The notes under the pieces: model-generated
Seen by the model: only the letters and a program-made list of their open reading frames with translations
The model's database searches: none
What the model was told of the DNA's origin: nothing
Program-made: the position numbers and the translations under genes
DNA from: Candidatus Woesearchaeota archaeon
Lineage (GTDB): Archaea > Nanobdellota > Nanobdellia > Woesearchaeales > JAFGPW01
Direction: 5' to 3'
Assembly: GCA_016935985.1 (NCBI GenBank)
Contig: JAFGPW010000006.1
Span: forward strand, 89,047 to 153,046
Length of the DNA: 64,000 nt
Part shown: positions 15,572-25,327 of the stretch, piece after piece
Position numbering within the stretch: the first letter of the stretch is position 1
Layout: each line of letters starts with the position of its first letter

Positions 15572-18073
15572 ATGCCGCAGATAACCTTCTTCCTGATAGA
15601 CCTCTTCTACAAGGTGATAGCCGGAAGGCCGACCGTCGTCCTCTATGGCAAGACCCCCCGGCGGGCGCCCATCCTCGTCCATGACACGAGCTTCGAGCCG
15701 TACCTGCTCGCGCGGATCCATCCCTCGAGCTACAACGATTTCGTCGCCAGGGTGAAGAAGCTCGCCTGGACCGAAGAGGAGCGGCGCTATGCGGTGACGA
15801 GGACCGAGCTCGTGAAGCGGAAGGTCGACGGCTACGCGATGCAGCTCATCAAGGTGCACGGCAATGTCCCGAAGGCGGTGGGGCTCATCAAGAACGAGAT
15901 ACAGGGATGGGATATCGTGCAGTCGGTCTACGAGCACGACGTCTCGCTCAAGCGGAGCTATCTCATCGACAAGGGCATCTTCCCGCTCCGGCAGGTGACC
16001 GCGTCCGGCGACTTCATCAGGACCAGGAGCAAGGTGCAGGCATTCCAGGCGGTCAGGGTGGAGCCTGCCGGCGACGAATTCTACCCCGACCCGTCGATCC
16101 TCGCGATGGATGTCGGCACCATGCTGCAGGCAGAGCAGCAGGCGCTCGGGACCGAGAACCCGATCGTGCTCATCTCACTCTACAGCGAAGGGTACCGCAA
16201 GGTGATCACCTGGAAGCGGCACGAGAACGCGAAGGACTATGTCGAGTTCGTGGGGAGCGAGCACGACCTGATCATGCGGTTCAAGGACCTCATCGACCGA
16301 CTGCGGCCTGACATCCTCGTCGGCTTCCATTCCGACATGTTCGACCTGCCGTACCTCATCGCGCGCGCCAGGAAATACAGCATCCGGCTCGACATCGGCA
16401 TCGAATTCTCCCCACCCAGGGTCAGGAAGAACCCGCGGAGCGTGATGATCGCGGGCATCAACCACATCGATCTCGCGAACCTCGGCCGCGGCCTCTATCC
16501 CGAGCTGCTCGGCCTCGAGGAGTTCGACCTCGAGAGCGTCAGGCGCGTGCTCCTGAAGGCCGAGCCGCCGGAGACTGGCCAGAGAGTCCTCGTCAAGGAT
16601 GCGCCCGCCCCTGAGACCAACGCCGCTTCGCTCTGCGCGAAGGAGCACGAGCACGCGCGGCTGATATTCACCCTCAGCCACCGGCTCATGCCCTACCTCT
16701 TCGAGGTGGTGCGCCTCGTCGGCTTTACTCCCTACTCGGTCGCGAAGATGAACACGAGCATGATCGTCGAAGCGTACCTCATGCGCCAGACCCGCCAGTA
16801 CGACGAGGTCATCCTCAGGCGGCCGGGCAGGGGCCTGATCGAGCAGCGGTCAGGGACCGGCGTCCGGACGACCGTCCTCAAGGAGGCTGAGGAGGGGATC
16901 TCAAGCCAGGTCGCGCTCGTCTCCTACGCGAGCAGCTATCCCCATATCATCATCGAGCACAACATCTCCATGGGCGCGCTCAGGTGCCATTGCTGCAGGC
17001 GCGACGACCGGATGGTGCCTGACCTTGAGGAGGAGACCTGGTTCTGCCAGAACCGCCGCGGCTTCATCCCGCACGTGGTGCAGGCGCTCCTCTCGCGGCT
17101 CGAGACGATCGAGGCGATCATCGCGTCGGGCAGGAGCTCTGACCTGCTGCGGATACGGAAGGCGACGATCGAGCAGCTGCTCGCGAGCTCGCACATGGCA
17201 TTCTCCCATACCCATGCGAGATGGTATTCCTACCACTGCGCCCAGGCGGTGCACCGCTACGCGGCGTTCTACACGACGCATATCAGGAAGCGTCTCGAGG
17301 AGAAGGGCATCAGGGTTCTCTACGCGACCGAGTCGCAGCTGCACGTGTCGCTCGAGGGCAGCGGCCTCAACTGGCTCAGGCTCGCGCTCGAGGGGGCTGA
17401 GAGGAGCTACCCCCGCGTGCTCGTCTCGTCCCTTGCAGGACCGTACCTCAAGGCCCTCTACCGGACCGAGAAGGAGGGCGACCGGACGAGGACCGGCTAC
17501 GCGCTCATGGACGACGACGGCACGCTCACGCTCTCCGGCCTCGGGCCCCAGACGCGCACGCTTCCGCCGATCGCAAGGCTCGCCCTGGAGCAGGTCATCT
17601 CCATCCTCTTCAGGCAGGCTGACCGCGAGAAGGCGGCGACCTACATCCGCACGCTCATCAAGCAAGTGAGACAGAAGACCGTGCCTAAGGAGCTGATGAC
17701 GATCACGACGGCGCTCTCGAAGGACATCGACGAGTACGACACCGTCGCCCCGCACGTCGCGGTGGCGAAGCGGATGCGCAGCATCGGAATCCCGGTCGAG
17801 GCCGGGCACACGATCAGCTATATCGTCACCGCAGGCCCTGACAAGGTAGGCCAGCGCGCCCGACTGCCCAGCGAGGTCGCTCCCGGCGGCTATGACCCTG
17901 AGTATTATATCGAGAGCCACATCCTCCCCGCGATCGAGCCGATCCTCGGCATCGTCGGCATGACCCGCGAGGACCTCGAGCTCGACCGCGAGCAGGCGAC
18001 GCTCGGCTCGTTCGTCGAGGGTGAGGGGGAAGGGGATAGGGGAGAAAAGAGGGGGACGGGAAGGGATCCCTAG
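15572..18073 (+). CDS. polB: Family B DNA polymerase homologue with catalytic motifs disrupted (predicted inactivated PolB derivative)
   Basis: 833 aa with PolB architecture: Exo II FDLPYL retained; Exo I FDIET replaced by AMDVGT; motif A DxxSLYPSII replaced by LVSYASSYPHII (Asp lost); motif C YGDTDS replaced by YATESQ (both Asp lost). Confidence 0.8.
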   Translation: MPQITFFLIDLFYKVIAGRPTVVLYGKTPRRAPILVHDTSFEPYLLARIHPSSYNDFVARVKKLAWTEEERRYAVTRTELVKRKVDGYAMQLIKVHGNVPKAVGLIKNEIQGWDIVQSVYEHDVSLKRSYLIDKGIFPLRQVTASGDFIRTRSKVQAFQAVRVEPAGDEFYPDPSILAMDVGTMLQAEQQALGTENPIVLISLYSEGYRKVITWKRHENAKDYVEFVGSEHDLIMRFKDLIDRLRPDILVGFHSDMFDLPYLIARARKYSIRLDIGIEFSPPRVRKNPRSVMIAGINHIDLANLGRGLYPELLGLEEFDLESVRRVLLKAEPPETGQRVLVKDAPAPETNAASLCAKEHEHARLIFTLSHRLMPYLFEVVRLVGFTPYSVAKMNTSMIVEAYLMRQTRQYDEVILRRPGRGLIEQRSGTGVRTTVLKEAEEGISSQVALVSYASSYPHIIIEHNISMGALRCHCCRRDDRMVPDLEEETWFCQNRRGFIPHVVQALLSRLETIEAIIASGRSSDLLRIRKATIEQLLASSHMAFSHTHARWYSYHCAQAVHRYAAFYTTHIRKRLEEKGIRVLYATESQLHVSLEGSGLNWLRLALEGAERSYPRVLVSSLAGPYLKALYRTEKEGDRTRTGYALMDDDGTLTLSGLGPQTRTLPPIARLALEQVISILFRQADREKAATYIRTLIKQVRQKTVPKELMTITTALSKDIDEYDTVAPHVAVAKRMRSIGIPVEAGHTISYIVTAGPDKVGQRARLPSEVAPGGYDPEYYIESHILPAIEPILGIVGMTREDLELDREQATLGSFVEGEGEGDRGEKRGTGRDP

Positions 18074-18085
18074 GCTCTGCAGCGA

Positions 18086-18421
18086 TCACTTCCGCTGGCG
18101 CGCCAGGAACTCGTCGAGCCGACCCTTCAGCTGCTCTTTCCCCATGAAGCCAACGAGGCGCCCCGCTTCCTTCCCGTCCTTGAAAAGGACGAGCGTCGGG
18201 ATGCTCATCACATCGAAACGGGCAGCGGTGGCAGAGCTCGCATCCACGTCGAGCTTGCCGAACCTGAGCTCTGAAGGCCCGTATCCTTTCGAAACATCCT
18301 CGAATATGGGTCCCAGTATCTGGCAGGGACCGCACCAGCCTGCCCAGAAGTCGACGACAGAGGGGCTGCCGCCGGCGATGAAGCCATCGAAGTCCGCATC
18401 AGTGAGTCTTTCAGGTGCCAT
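18086..18421 (-). CDS. trxA: Thioredoxin
   Basis: WCGPC active site; 111 aa. Confidence 0.85.
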   Translation of the reverse strand: MAPERLTDADFDGFIAGGSPSVVDFWAGWCGPCQILGPIFEDVSKGYGPSELRFGKLDVDASSATAARFDVMSIPTLVLFKDGKEAGRLVGFMGKEQLKGRLDEFLARQRK

Positions 18422-18436
18422 TTCCTCATCATCCTC

Positions 18437-18898
18437 TCATCTCGTGCCATTGCCATCATCATCGTCCCCGTCGTCACTGTCCCCTGTTCCCGAGAACCGG
18501 GAGAGGAGCCGCCCGAGGAACCCCTTCTCCGAGCGGGTGCCCGTGCCGTCGGCGACGCCGAGCGAGACGTCGATCGCCTTCTCGAGCGCGGCACGGCGCG
18601 GCACGCCCTTGATGCCGATCCATTGGGGGTCGGCTGGGCCCTTGATGAGGATGGTAGGGGTCGACATGATCTCGAACCGCCGCGCCATCTGCAGGCCCAT
18701 GGGGGTCATGATATTGATCTCCTCGAACATGATGTCGTCCCTATCCGACGCGACGGTGCGGACGAGGTCCTTTGCTGGGGGGCAATGAGGACAGGTAGGG
18801 GAGAAGAACACCTTCACGTCCGCCTTCACCGTTTCGGTCGCAGAGGGGGTTGTCGCAGCCGTCATCATGTCACATCCGATTGTGAATATAGGATTCAC
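18437..18898 (-). CDS. Thioredoxin-fold / glutaredoxin-like small redox protein with acidic C-terminal tail
   Basis: CPHCP active-site motif in thioredoxin-fold context (VFFSPTCPHCPPAK...STPTILIKG); C-terminal DSDDGDDDDGNG tail. Confidence 0.6.
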   Translation of the reverse strand: MNPIFTIGCDMMTAATTPSATETVKADVKVFFSPTCPHCPPAKDLVRTVASDRDDIMFEEINIMTPMGLQMARRFEIMSTPTILIKGPADPQWIGIKGVPRRAALEKAIDVSLGVADGTGTRSEKGFLGRLLSRFSGTGDSDDGDDDDGNGTR

Positions 18899-18945
18899 AC
18901 CTATTATTTAAAGCCTGTGGAGTTGTGAAAAAAAGGAGAGGAAAA

Positions 18946-19332
18946 TCACCAGCCGTCGAGCTCCTTCGCGAACCGCTCGCTCCAGTTCCGGAAGTTCTCG
19001 CCGATCCTCTCCTTGAGGTCCGCCTTGTCGTGGATGTGGTAGACGAAGATGTAGCCGCCGCGGCCAAGGTTCTTCTGCCTACGCTCGATGATGCCCTTCT
19101 CGAGCAGCCGGGAGATCGACTTCTGCACGGTGCTGCGCTCCTTCCCCACCGCGTCCGCGAGCTCCTGGACAGGTCGGTTGTCGTGCGTCATCAGCGCCTC
19201 GAGCAGCAGGAAGTCGGTCTTGGTGATGCCGAACCCGCAGCGCACGATCTGGTCGAATGGTATCTTCGTGCAGGCGAAATTGAGGTCAGTCATGGTGGTC
19301 CTCCGGATGAAGGGGAAGCGGGTGCCAGGCAT
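18946..19332 (-). CDS. Winged-HTH transcription regulator (TrmB/MarR-like)
   Basis: LLLEALMTHDNRPVQELADAVGKERSTVQKSISRLLEKGIIERRQ is an HTH + wing pattern. True start may be the internal MTDLNF. Confidence 0.55.
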   Translation of the reverse strand: MPGTRFPFIRRTTMTDLNFACTKIPFDQIVRCGFGITKTDFLLLEALMTHDNRPVQELADAVGKERSTVQKSISRLLEKGIIERRQKNLGRGGYIFVYHIHDKADLKERIGENFRNWSERFAKELDGW

Positions 19333-19362
19333 TCAGGCGCCGGGAGTTCAGGAGCCGGGAGT

Positions 19363-20160
19363 TCAGTCCAGGTCGGCGAGCGTCACGTCGTCGTCCGGCG
19401 GGAACGGCCGCGGCTCGCGCTTGACCGGCGCCGAGAGAGGGGCCTTCAGGGGCTGATGCGACGGTCGGCGACGCTGGCCGCCGCGCCGTCCGCGGGACCG
19501 GCCTCCAGGCCTGCCGTCAGGCTGGCCGCCGCCGCGCGGCGGGCTCTGGGCCGGAGCCTGCTGCTTCTGGGGCTCGGCCACGGGCTTCGCCCGGTCCTTC
19601 GTACCGTCTGCCGCAGGCTCCTCCTTCGCCGGCCGGGTGCCGGATCTCCCGCGCTTCTCCGTCGACGCGGCGAGGTACTTCTTGAGGTCCTTGCTCATGT
19701 CGGTGAAAAGGTCCGCCTCGCTCTCGAGCATCTGCGAGGTCGTCTTCTTGAAGGATATCACCTCGCACCTGACGCCGTTCGTCTTGAGGTAGTGGAGAAG
19801 CTCCTTGAAGTCGCCGTCGCCAGAGACGAGCACCGCGACGTCGATCTTCGGCGCCATGCGGACCATGTCCATCGCGATCCCCACATCCCAATCGCCCTTC
19901 TTTGCCCCTGACGCGAAGATCTGGAGGTCCTTCGCCCTCGCCTCGATCCCTATATTGTTGAGGGCGTCATGGAAGTTGCCCTCGTCCTTCATGTCCGCCC
20001 GGATCACGTACGCTATCGCGCGGATGAGATTGCGTCCCGCGACCGCGGTCGCGAGTATCGCCTTGAAGTTCACCTTCTTCTTATACAGCTGTTTCGCTGA
20101 GTAGTACATGTTCTGCGTGTCGATGAAGACCGCCACGCGCTGGTCCTTGTGTTGTAGCAT
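19363..20160 (-). CDS. NYN-domain (LabA-like) predicted ribonuclease with Arg/Gly/Pro-rich C-terminal tail
   Basis: VAVFIDTQNMYY...DVAVLVSGDGDF is the LabA/NYN PIN-like motif set; ~90-aa disordered RG/P-rich tail. Confidence 0.7.
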   Translation of the reverse strand: MLQHKDQRVAVFIDTQNMYYSAKQLYKKKVNFKAILATAVAGRNLIRAIAYVIRADMKDEGNFHDALNNIGIEARAKDLQIFASGAKKGDWDVGIAMDMVRMAPKIDVAVLVSGDGDFKELLHYLKTNGVRCEVISFKKTTSQMLESEADLFTDMSKDLKKYLAASTEKRGRSGTRPAKEEPAADGTKDRAKPVAEPQKQQAPAQSPPRGGGQPDGRPGGRSRGRRGGQRRRPSHQPLKAPLSAPVKREPRPFPPDDDVTLADLD

Positions 20161-20193
20161 TCTGTTGCCTCCTTCATAGGCCGGCGGGCATGT

Positions 20194-21432
20194 TCAGCCC
20201 GACCGGTAGCGGGCGGCCGCGCCGATCCGCCTGAGGGCAAGGACGAACGCCGCTGTCCGCAGGCTGGTCCCCTTCTCCTCGGCGATTTCATGGATGGCGA
20301 AATACGCCTTCTCCATGACCGGCCGCAGCCGCGCCTTCACCTCGTCCTCGGTCCAGGAGTATCCCTGGAGGTTCTGCACCCACTCGAAGTAGCTCACCGT
20401 GACGCCTCCGGCGTTCGAGAGGATGTCGGGGATGACGAGCGTCCCCTTCCTGGACAGCATCGCGTCCGCTTCAGGCGTCGTGGGCCCGTTCGCGAGCTCG
20501 AGCACGACCTTCGCCCGTATCTTGTCCGCGTTCTTCGCGGTTATCTGGTTCTCGAGGGCAGCCGGTATCAGGATGTCGACGGGAAGCGTGAGGAGCTCCT
20601 CGTTCGTCACCTCCTCCGCCCGGGGAAATCCCTTGACCGAGAAGGTGCGCGCCTTGTGGTCGAAGACCTTCTCCGGATCGAAGCAGTCCTCGCAGAACAA
20701 GCCGCCCTTCGAGTCCGACACCGCGACCACCTTGAAGCCGAGCCCGTGGAGGATCCGCGCCATCACCTGTCCGGCGTTCCCGTAGCCCTGGATCGCGACG
20801 GTCAGGTCCTTCGGCCTCTTCCCCATCTTCGCGAGCGCCGCGAGAAGGACATAGACGCCGCCCTGCGCTGTCGCCGTGCCGCGGCCGAGCGAGCCGCCGA
20901 TCTCGACCGGCTTTCCCGTGATCATGGCAGGGCTCTTCCCATGGAATTTCTCGTACTCGTCGAGCATCCAGGCCATCACCTGCGCGTCGGTGTAGACGTC
21001 GGGCGCCGGCACGTCGATATGGGGGCCGAGGTTCATATGGAAGGCATCGACGTACGCCCGCGAGAGCGCCTCGAGCTCGCGTCTCGAGAGCTTCTTCGGG
21101 TCGACGACGATTCCGCCCTTCCCGCCGCCGAACGGGATGTCCACGACCGCGCACTTCATCGCCATCCAAGCGGAAAGCGCCTTGACCTCCGCGAGATCCA
21201 CCTGGGGGTGGTACCTGATGCCGCCCTTGAAGGGCCCGCGAGTGTCGTCGAACTGCACGCGGTAGGCGTCGAAGACGCGGACGCTGCCGTCATCCATCCG
21301 GACCGGGAGCGACGCCTGCAGGATGCGCTTGGGGCGCTTCAGCGCCTCCACGGTGTCGGGAGCGAGGTCGGCATGCCTCGCCGCCGTCGCGAGCTGGGAG
21401 AGGTAGTTGTCGAACGGTGTGGGATTCGCCAT
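20194..21432 (-). CDS. gdhA: Glutamate dehydrogenase
   Basis: 412 aa with GDH signature (GGGKGG, Rossmann GYGNAGQ). Confidence 0.9.
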   Translation of the reverse strand: MANPTPFDNYLSQLATAARHADLAPDTVEALKRPKRILQASLPVRMDDGSVRVFDAYRVQFDDTRGPFKGGIRYHPQVDLAEVKALSAWMAMKCAVVDIPFGGGKGGIVVDPKKLSRRELEALSRAYVDAFHMNLGPHIDVPAPDVYTDAQVMAWMLDEYEKFHGKSPAMITGKPVEIGGSLGRGTATAQGGVYVLLAALAKMGKRPKDLTVAIQGYGNAGQVMARILHGLGFKVVAVSDSKGGLFCEDCFDPEKVFDHKARTFSVKGFPRAEEVTNEELLTLPVDILIPAALENQITAKNADKIRAKVVLELANGPTTPEADAMLSRKGTLVIPDILSNAGGVTVSYFEWVQNLQGYSWTEDEVKARLRPVMEKAYFAIHEIAEEKGTSLRTAAFVLALRRIGAAARYRSG

Positions 21433-21442
21433 AGGTATCGCC

Positions 21443-22399
21443 TCATGGATTGAGCATGTCCTGCAGGCAGTAGTACGCGGACCATGCCGCGAGCGCGCCT
21501 TCGCCGGCGCCGACCACCGCCTGCTTGTAGTCGGTGTCGGTTATGTCGCCCGCAGCGAAGACGCCCTTCACGCTCGTCTTCGCCTCGCGGTCGATCCGTA
21601 TCTCGCCCTTCTCGTTCATCGCGAGGCCGAGGTCCTGTGCCACCGTGTTCGCCGGGTCGGCGCCGATCTCGATGAAGAGGCCGTCGAGCGGCAGGTCATA
21701 GGATCCCTTGTAGGGCGTGTCGAGCACGACTTTCTCGACCTTTGATGCGCCCTTGATCGCGGTGACGTTCGTGGTGTAGATGACCTCGATCTTCGGGTTG
21801 TCCTGGATGTGCTTGACCGTGATGGGCTCTGCCCGGAGCCTGGCTTTCCGGTAGATCATGTAGACCTTGTCCGCATACTCGGAAAGGAGGAGCGCCGCCT
21901 GGGCCGCGCTGTCGGATCCGCCGACGACCGCGGCGGTCTTGCCGCCGTAGAAGGGCGCGTCGCAGGTCGCGCAGTAGTGCACACCCTTCCCCTTCAGCTC
22001 CCTCTCGCCCGGGACGCCGAGCTTGCGCCGTATCGTCCCGGTGGCGATGATGACCGTCCGCGTCCGGTAGCTCCCCTTGTCGGTCGTGATGACGAAGAGG
22101 TCGCCGTCCTTCTTCGCGCCGGTGACGTTCTCGTCCGATACTGGCACCCTGAAGTGGTCCAGGTGCTCCTTGAACCTCATCATGAGCTCGAAGCCGGAGA
22201 TCGAGGAGTAGCCAGGGTAGTTCTCGACCTTGTGAGCCTCGTTGAGGAGGCCGCCGACCTCCCTGCCGAACACCTTCGTCCGCATGCGATAGCGCGCCGC
22301 GTAGATCGCCGCGGTCATGCCGGCGGCGCCGGCGCCGATGATGACGGTGTCGTACGTGCCGCTCTTCTTCGTGCTCTGTGATGGCTCCATAGAAGTCAC
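21443..22399 (-). CDS. trxB: Thioredoxin-disulfide reductase
   Basis: FAD motif GAGAAGMTAAIYAA, redox CATC motif (HYCATCDAPFY), NADPH motif GGSDSAAQAAL. Confidence 0.9.
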   Translation of the reverse strand: MTSMEPSQSTKKSGTYDTVIIGAGAAGMTAAIYAARYRMRTKVFGREVGGLLNEAHKVENYPGYSSISGFELMMRFKEHLDHFRVPVSDENVTGAKKDGDLFVITTDKGSYRTRTVIIATGTIRRKLGVPGERELKGKGVHYCATCDAPFYGGKTAAVVGGSDSAAQAALLLSEYADKVYMIYRKARLRAEPITVKHIQDNPKIEVIYTTNVTAIKGASKVEKVVLDTPYKGSYDLPLDGLFIEIGADPANTVAQDLGLAMNEKGEIRIDREAKTSVKGVFAAGDITDTDYKQAVVGAGEGALAAWSAYYCLQDMLNP

Positions 22400-22481
22400 C
22401 TGCGTACTGGAAGGCCGGAATGGTGAGGTGGTATATAAAGGTTGTGAAAACGGTTTGCACAGCCAAGGGAAAGAGATAAAA

Positions 22482-23207
22482 ATGAGGAGACACCAAGTTT
22501 ACATGAGACCCATGGTCATGTCGATCCAACTGCCGGCTATTTTCGTCAATTTCAAGACCTATGAGAAAGCGACGGCAGACCGGGCAGAGGCTCTCGCCCG
22601 CATCTGCCAGCAGGTTTCGCACGAGACCGGCGTGCAGGTAGTCGTCGCAGTCCAGGATGCCGACATCTATCGTGTCTCGAGAAGGGTTACCATCCCTGTC
22701 TTCGCCGAGCACATCGATCCGGTGGGGTATGGGTCCTATACCGGCCAGATCATCCCTGAGGCGGTCAAGCTCAATGGCGCGCAAGGGACCATCCTCAACC
22801 ATTCTGAAGACCGGGTGCGGCTCGATGTGCTCGAGACAGCTATCAGGCGAGCGCATGAGGTCGGATTGATAACCCTCGCGTGCGCGAACACGCCCGAGGC
22901 CGCCGCTTCGATCGCCGAGCTCGGTCCTGACCTCATCGCCGTCGAGCCGCCTGAGCTCATCGGGTCAGGACGATCGGTCTCGAAGGCGAAGCCTGAGGTC
23001 ATCACTGACACGCTCGCGCGGGTGCGCAAGGTCGCGAACATCCCGGTCTTGTGCGGCGCCGGAATCGTCGACGCCGATGACGTCCGCCGGGCCATCGCTC
23101 TCGGCGCGCGCGGGATCCTCGTCGCGAGCGCGGTGACGAAGGCGAAGGATCCGGAGAAATCTCTTAGGGACCTCGCGAGAGGGTTCTCGAGAATCGAACA
23201 TGCCTAA
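22482..23207 (+). CDS. tpiA: Triosephosphate isomerase (archaeal type)
   Basis: AIFVNFKTYEKAT...ILNHSEDRV...AVEPPELIGSG matches archaeal TIM. First ATG after the TATA at ~22430; alternative starts at 22512/22518. Confidence 0.85.
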   Translation: MRRHQVYMRPMVMSIQLPAIFVNFKTYEKATADRAEALARICQQVSHETGVQVVVAVQDADIYRVSRRVTIPVFAEHIDPVGYGSYTGQIIPEAVKLNGAQGTILNHSEDRVRLDVLETAIRRAHEVGLITLACANTPEAAASIAELGPDLIAVEPPELIGSGRSVSKAKPEVITDTLARVRKVANIPVLCGAGIVDADDVRRAIALGARGILVASAVTKAKDPEKSLRDLARGFSRIEHA

Positions 23208-23824
23208 CCGATCTCTATATAGAGCTTATAGGCATTGTTGCCGTAGCTCTCCATGTTCGCGATGTCACACCCTGTCGGCTGCATACGCGGACAGGTCTTC
23301 ACAGTCACGGTGAATGCGAAGACATCGCTGCAGAATCCTTCATCATCGGCATCAATCTTGATGATGAATGAACTCTTCGCATTATTCTCGATGGTAGACG
23401 ATATCGAGACCTCATCCAGGGGGGTGACTATGGTCCGCTGATCAGTGATAGTCTGCATGACGAAATCTTGGGCATAGCAGCCCGCGACCTCCGACGGTTT
23501 GATGGTAATCCTGAAGTCACGCGTCTGACCTAAGACATTCATGACACCGATCGCGAAGGTGGACGCAGCGCCAGGACGGACGGTCTTGCGCGAGAGCGGG
23601 ATGGCGACACGCTCTCCCCTGTCCAGCAGACGTCTTATCTGCATCTCGGTCTGCGAGTCGACGTCCGCCTTGAGGCCTTCTGCTTTCTGGAAGAATGTCC
23701 GTGCGAACGAGATTCCCAGGCCGAAGACGACGACGGCGAGGACGAGGATGACCACAAAGCCGACCGAGAGTTCGATGGCGCGCTTGTTCAATCTCATGCG
23801 GGCGCGGGCGGGCTTCATTTTCAT
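23204..23824 (-). CDS. Signal-anchored / pilin-like secreted protein with 4 Cys (paralogue of 25561-26052)
   Basis: N-terminus RLNKRAIELSVGFVVILVLAVVVFGLGISFA: positive n-region, ~23-aa hydrophobic stretch, resembling class III (prepilin/TadE-like) signals or a signal anchor; mature part contains 4 Cys. Confidence 0.45.
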   Translation of the reverse strand: MKMKPARARMRLNKRAIELSVGFVVILVLAVVVFGLGISFARTFFQKAEGLKADVDSQTEMQIRRLLDRGERVAIPLSRKTVRPGAASTFAIGVMNVLGQTRDFRITIKPSEVAGCYAQDFVMQTITDQRTIVTPLDEVSISSTIENNAKSSFIIKIDADDEGFCSDVFAFTVTVKTCPRMQPTGCDIANMESYGNNAYKLYIEIG

Positions 23825-25257
23825 CTGCTCAGGTCGACGAAGACGAACTGCTCGTCATAGGTATTGCTGAACACGGCATCGTAGAGTGTGTAGGGCTCGC
23901 CTGCCCGATCGTTCAGGGCGACGTTGTAATGCAACCGGAGCGTCATCTTCCCGGTCTGCTCTGCAGTCTCGAGCGAGAAATCTATGGGGACATCGACGAC
24001 AATCGTCTCCCGCAAGGTGTCGAGAGTGTTTCCGTTAAAGAGGTCCTTCTTGCCGAGCAGCTCCTCACCGTCGACCAGCTCGATTCGGGTCACTTCGAGC
24101 GGACCGACGAAGTTGTCCCGTATCCCCGACAGCTGGATGGATATCGAGACGCTGTCCTCTCCGACGTGGATTGGCTTTTGCGCGTTCAACTCGGTAATGA
24201 GCTGGTACTCGTCGGCAGAATCTGTATAGAGGAGCTTAGTTTCTGATCGAGTATCGTCCCGAATCCGTTTGACGCAGCTGTTCGAAACGCAACGCCATTC
24301 GAGATGGTCCGAGTAGTCCCCCTCGCAGGTGCCGCAGTCGACCGCACAGGAGCACTTGTTCTCCGTGCTCTCGCACTCGAGGTTCCCGCAGATGCCGGGA
24401 ATCGGCGTGTGGATGCAGAGGAGCTTACCCTCGACGCATTCGTCTTCGGTGGCGTCATTACCGTCATCGCAGAAATCAGAGGCGCAGGCATAGGGTGTCG
24501 TCGGTTTCAGGAAGATGACGTTTGGAAGCTTTAGGTCCCGGCTTGCGGAAAGGGGGTCATACGCAGCCCGGTTGGGCTTGATCTTCCCGTAGTCAACAGA
24601 AACGCGGATCGTGAGATCTCCCGTCGTTTCGATAGAGGAGAAGGCGCGGTCCTTGAGAATAATGCTCTTGGAATATCCATCCCCACGACGCTCGAGCAAC
24701 AGATTCAGGGGGATAGTCGCGAGGGTCTCTTCGACACCATCGATGGTCGTCGTCAGTTCTATCGATGTGATCGTGATGTCGTTCGCATAATCCAGGTTCC
24801 TGTCTGATATATAGGTTATACTCGAAAGTTCAACGGTAAGGTTGAGATAGTTAGAGAACAGGTTGAAGGGGTTCGCATACCCTGCGGTGACCTTCAGCTC
24901 GAATCCCTCAAATTGCATCTTGGTCGCTACTTGTTCCTTATCGATGAGGTCCTTCACGATGTCCATGACACATTCGTCATTGACGCATAGCGTCTGGAAA
25001 TAGCGGCTCTCACTCACGCCTTCGCACGCTCCCACGTCCTCGGGGCAGCTGCACTTGGTCTCGTTCCTGTCGATGAGGCCGTTGCCGCAGCAGTTAAGGA
25101 GGGGCGAATAGGTGCAGATGCCCTTCACGCACTTGACGGTGTGGCAGGTCTTCTGGACGCAGTCGGCGTTCTGCTCGCATTCCGCCGGCCCGCAGCCGGC
25201 GAGGAGCAGGAGAACGGCCAGGGAGAATGCCAGGAGCGGGTATCTGATTGCCATCAC
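23821..25257 (-). CDS. Cys-rich secreted lipoprotein with internal duplication ([Cys-rich module + ~190-aa beta-rich domain] x2)
   Basis: Lipobox LLLAGC. Two homologous Cys-rich modules each ending KCSC...C..CEG (residues ~22-78 and ~266-322). 4-nt overlap with the downstream gene. Confidence 0.5.
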   Translation of the reverse strand: MMAIRYPLLAFSLAVLLLLAGCGPAECEQNADCVQKTCHTVKCVKGICTYSPLLNCCGNGLIDRNETKCSCPEDVGACEGVSESRYFQTLCVNDECVMDIVKDLIDKEQVATKMQFEGFELKVTAGYANPFNLFSNYLNLTVELSSITYISDRNLDYANDITITSIELTTTIDGVEETLATIPLNLLLERRGDGYSKSIILKDRAFSSIETTGDLTIRVSVDYGKIKPNRAAYDPLSASRDLKLPNVIFLKPTTPYACASDFCDDGNDATEDECVEGKLLCIHTPIPGICGNLECESTENKCSCAVDCGTCEGDYSDHLEWRCVSNSCVKRIRDDTRSETKLLYTDSADEYQLITELNAQKPIHVGEDSVSISIQLSGIRDNFVGPLEVTRIELVDGEELLGKKDLFNGNTLDTLRETIVVDVPIDFSLETAEQTGKMTLRLHYNVALNDRAGEPYTLYDAVFSNTYDEQFVFVDLSR

Positions 25258-25327
25258 AATCCCTTTTGAGGAAGAGAGGTATAAAAAGGTATCGGAATGA
25301 AAAGAGAAGAAAGGGAGGGGAAACCCC

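Noticed and set aside
16901-17920. 339-aa minus-strand ORF
   Set aside because: Antisense shadow within polB.
20290-22856. Long ORFs 20290-21453(+) and 21696-22856(-)
   Set aside because: Shadows of gdhA and trxB, which carry unambiguous signatures.
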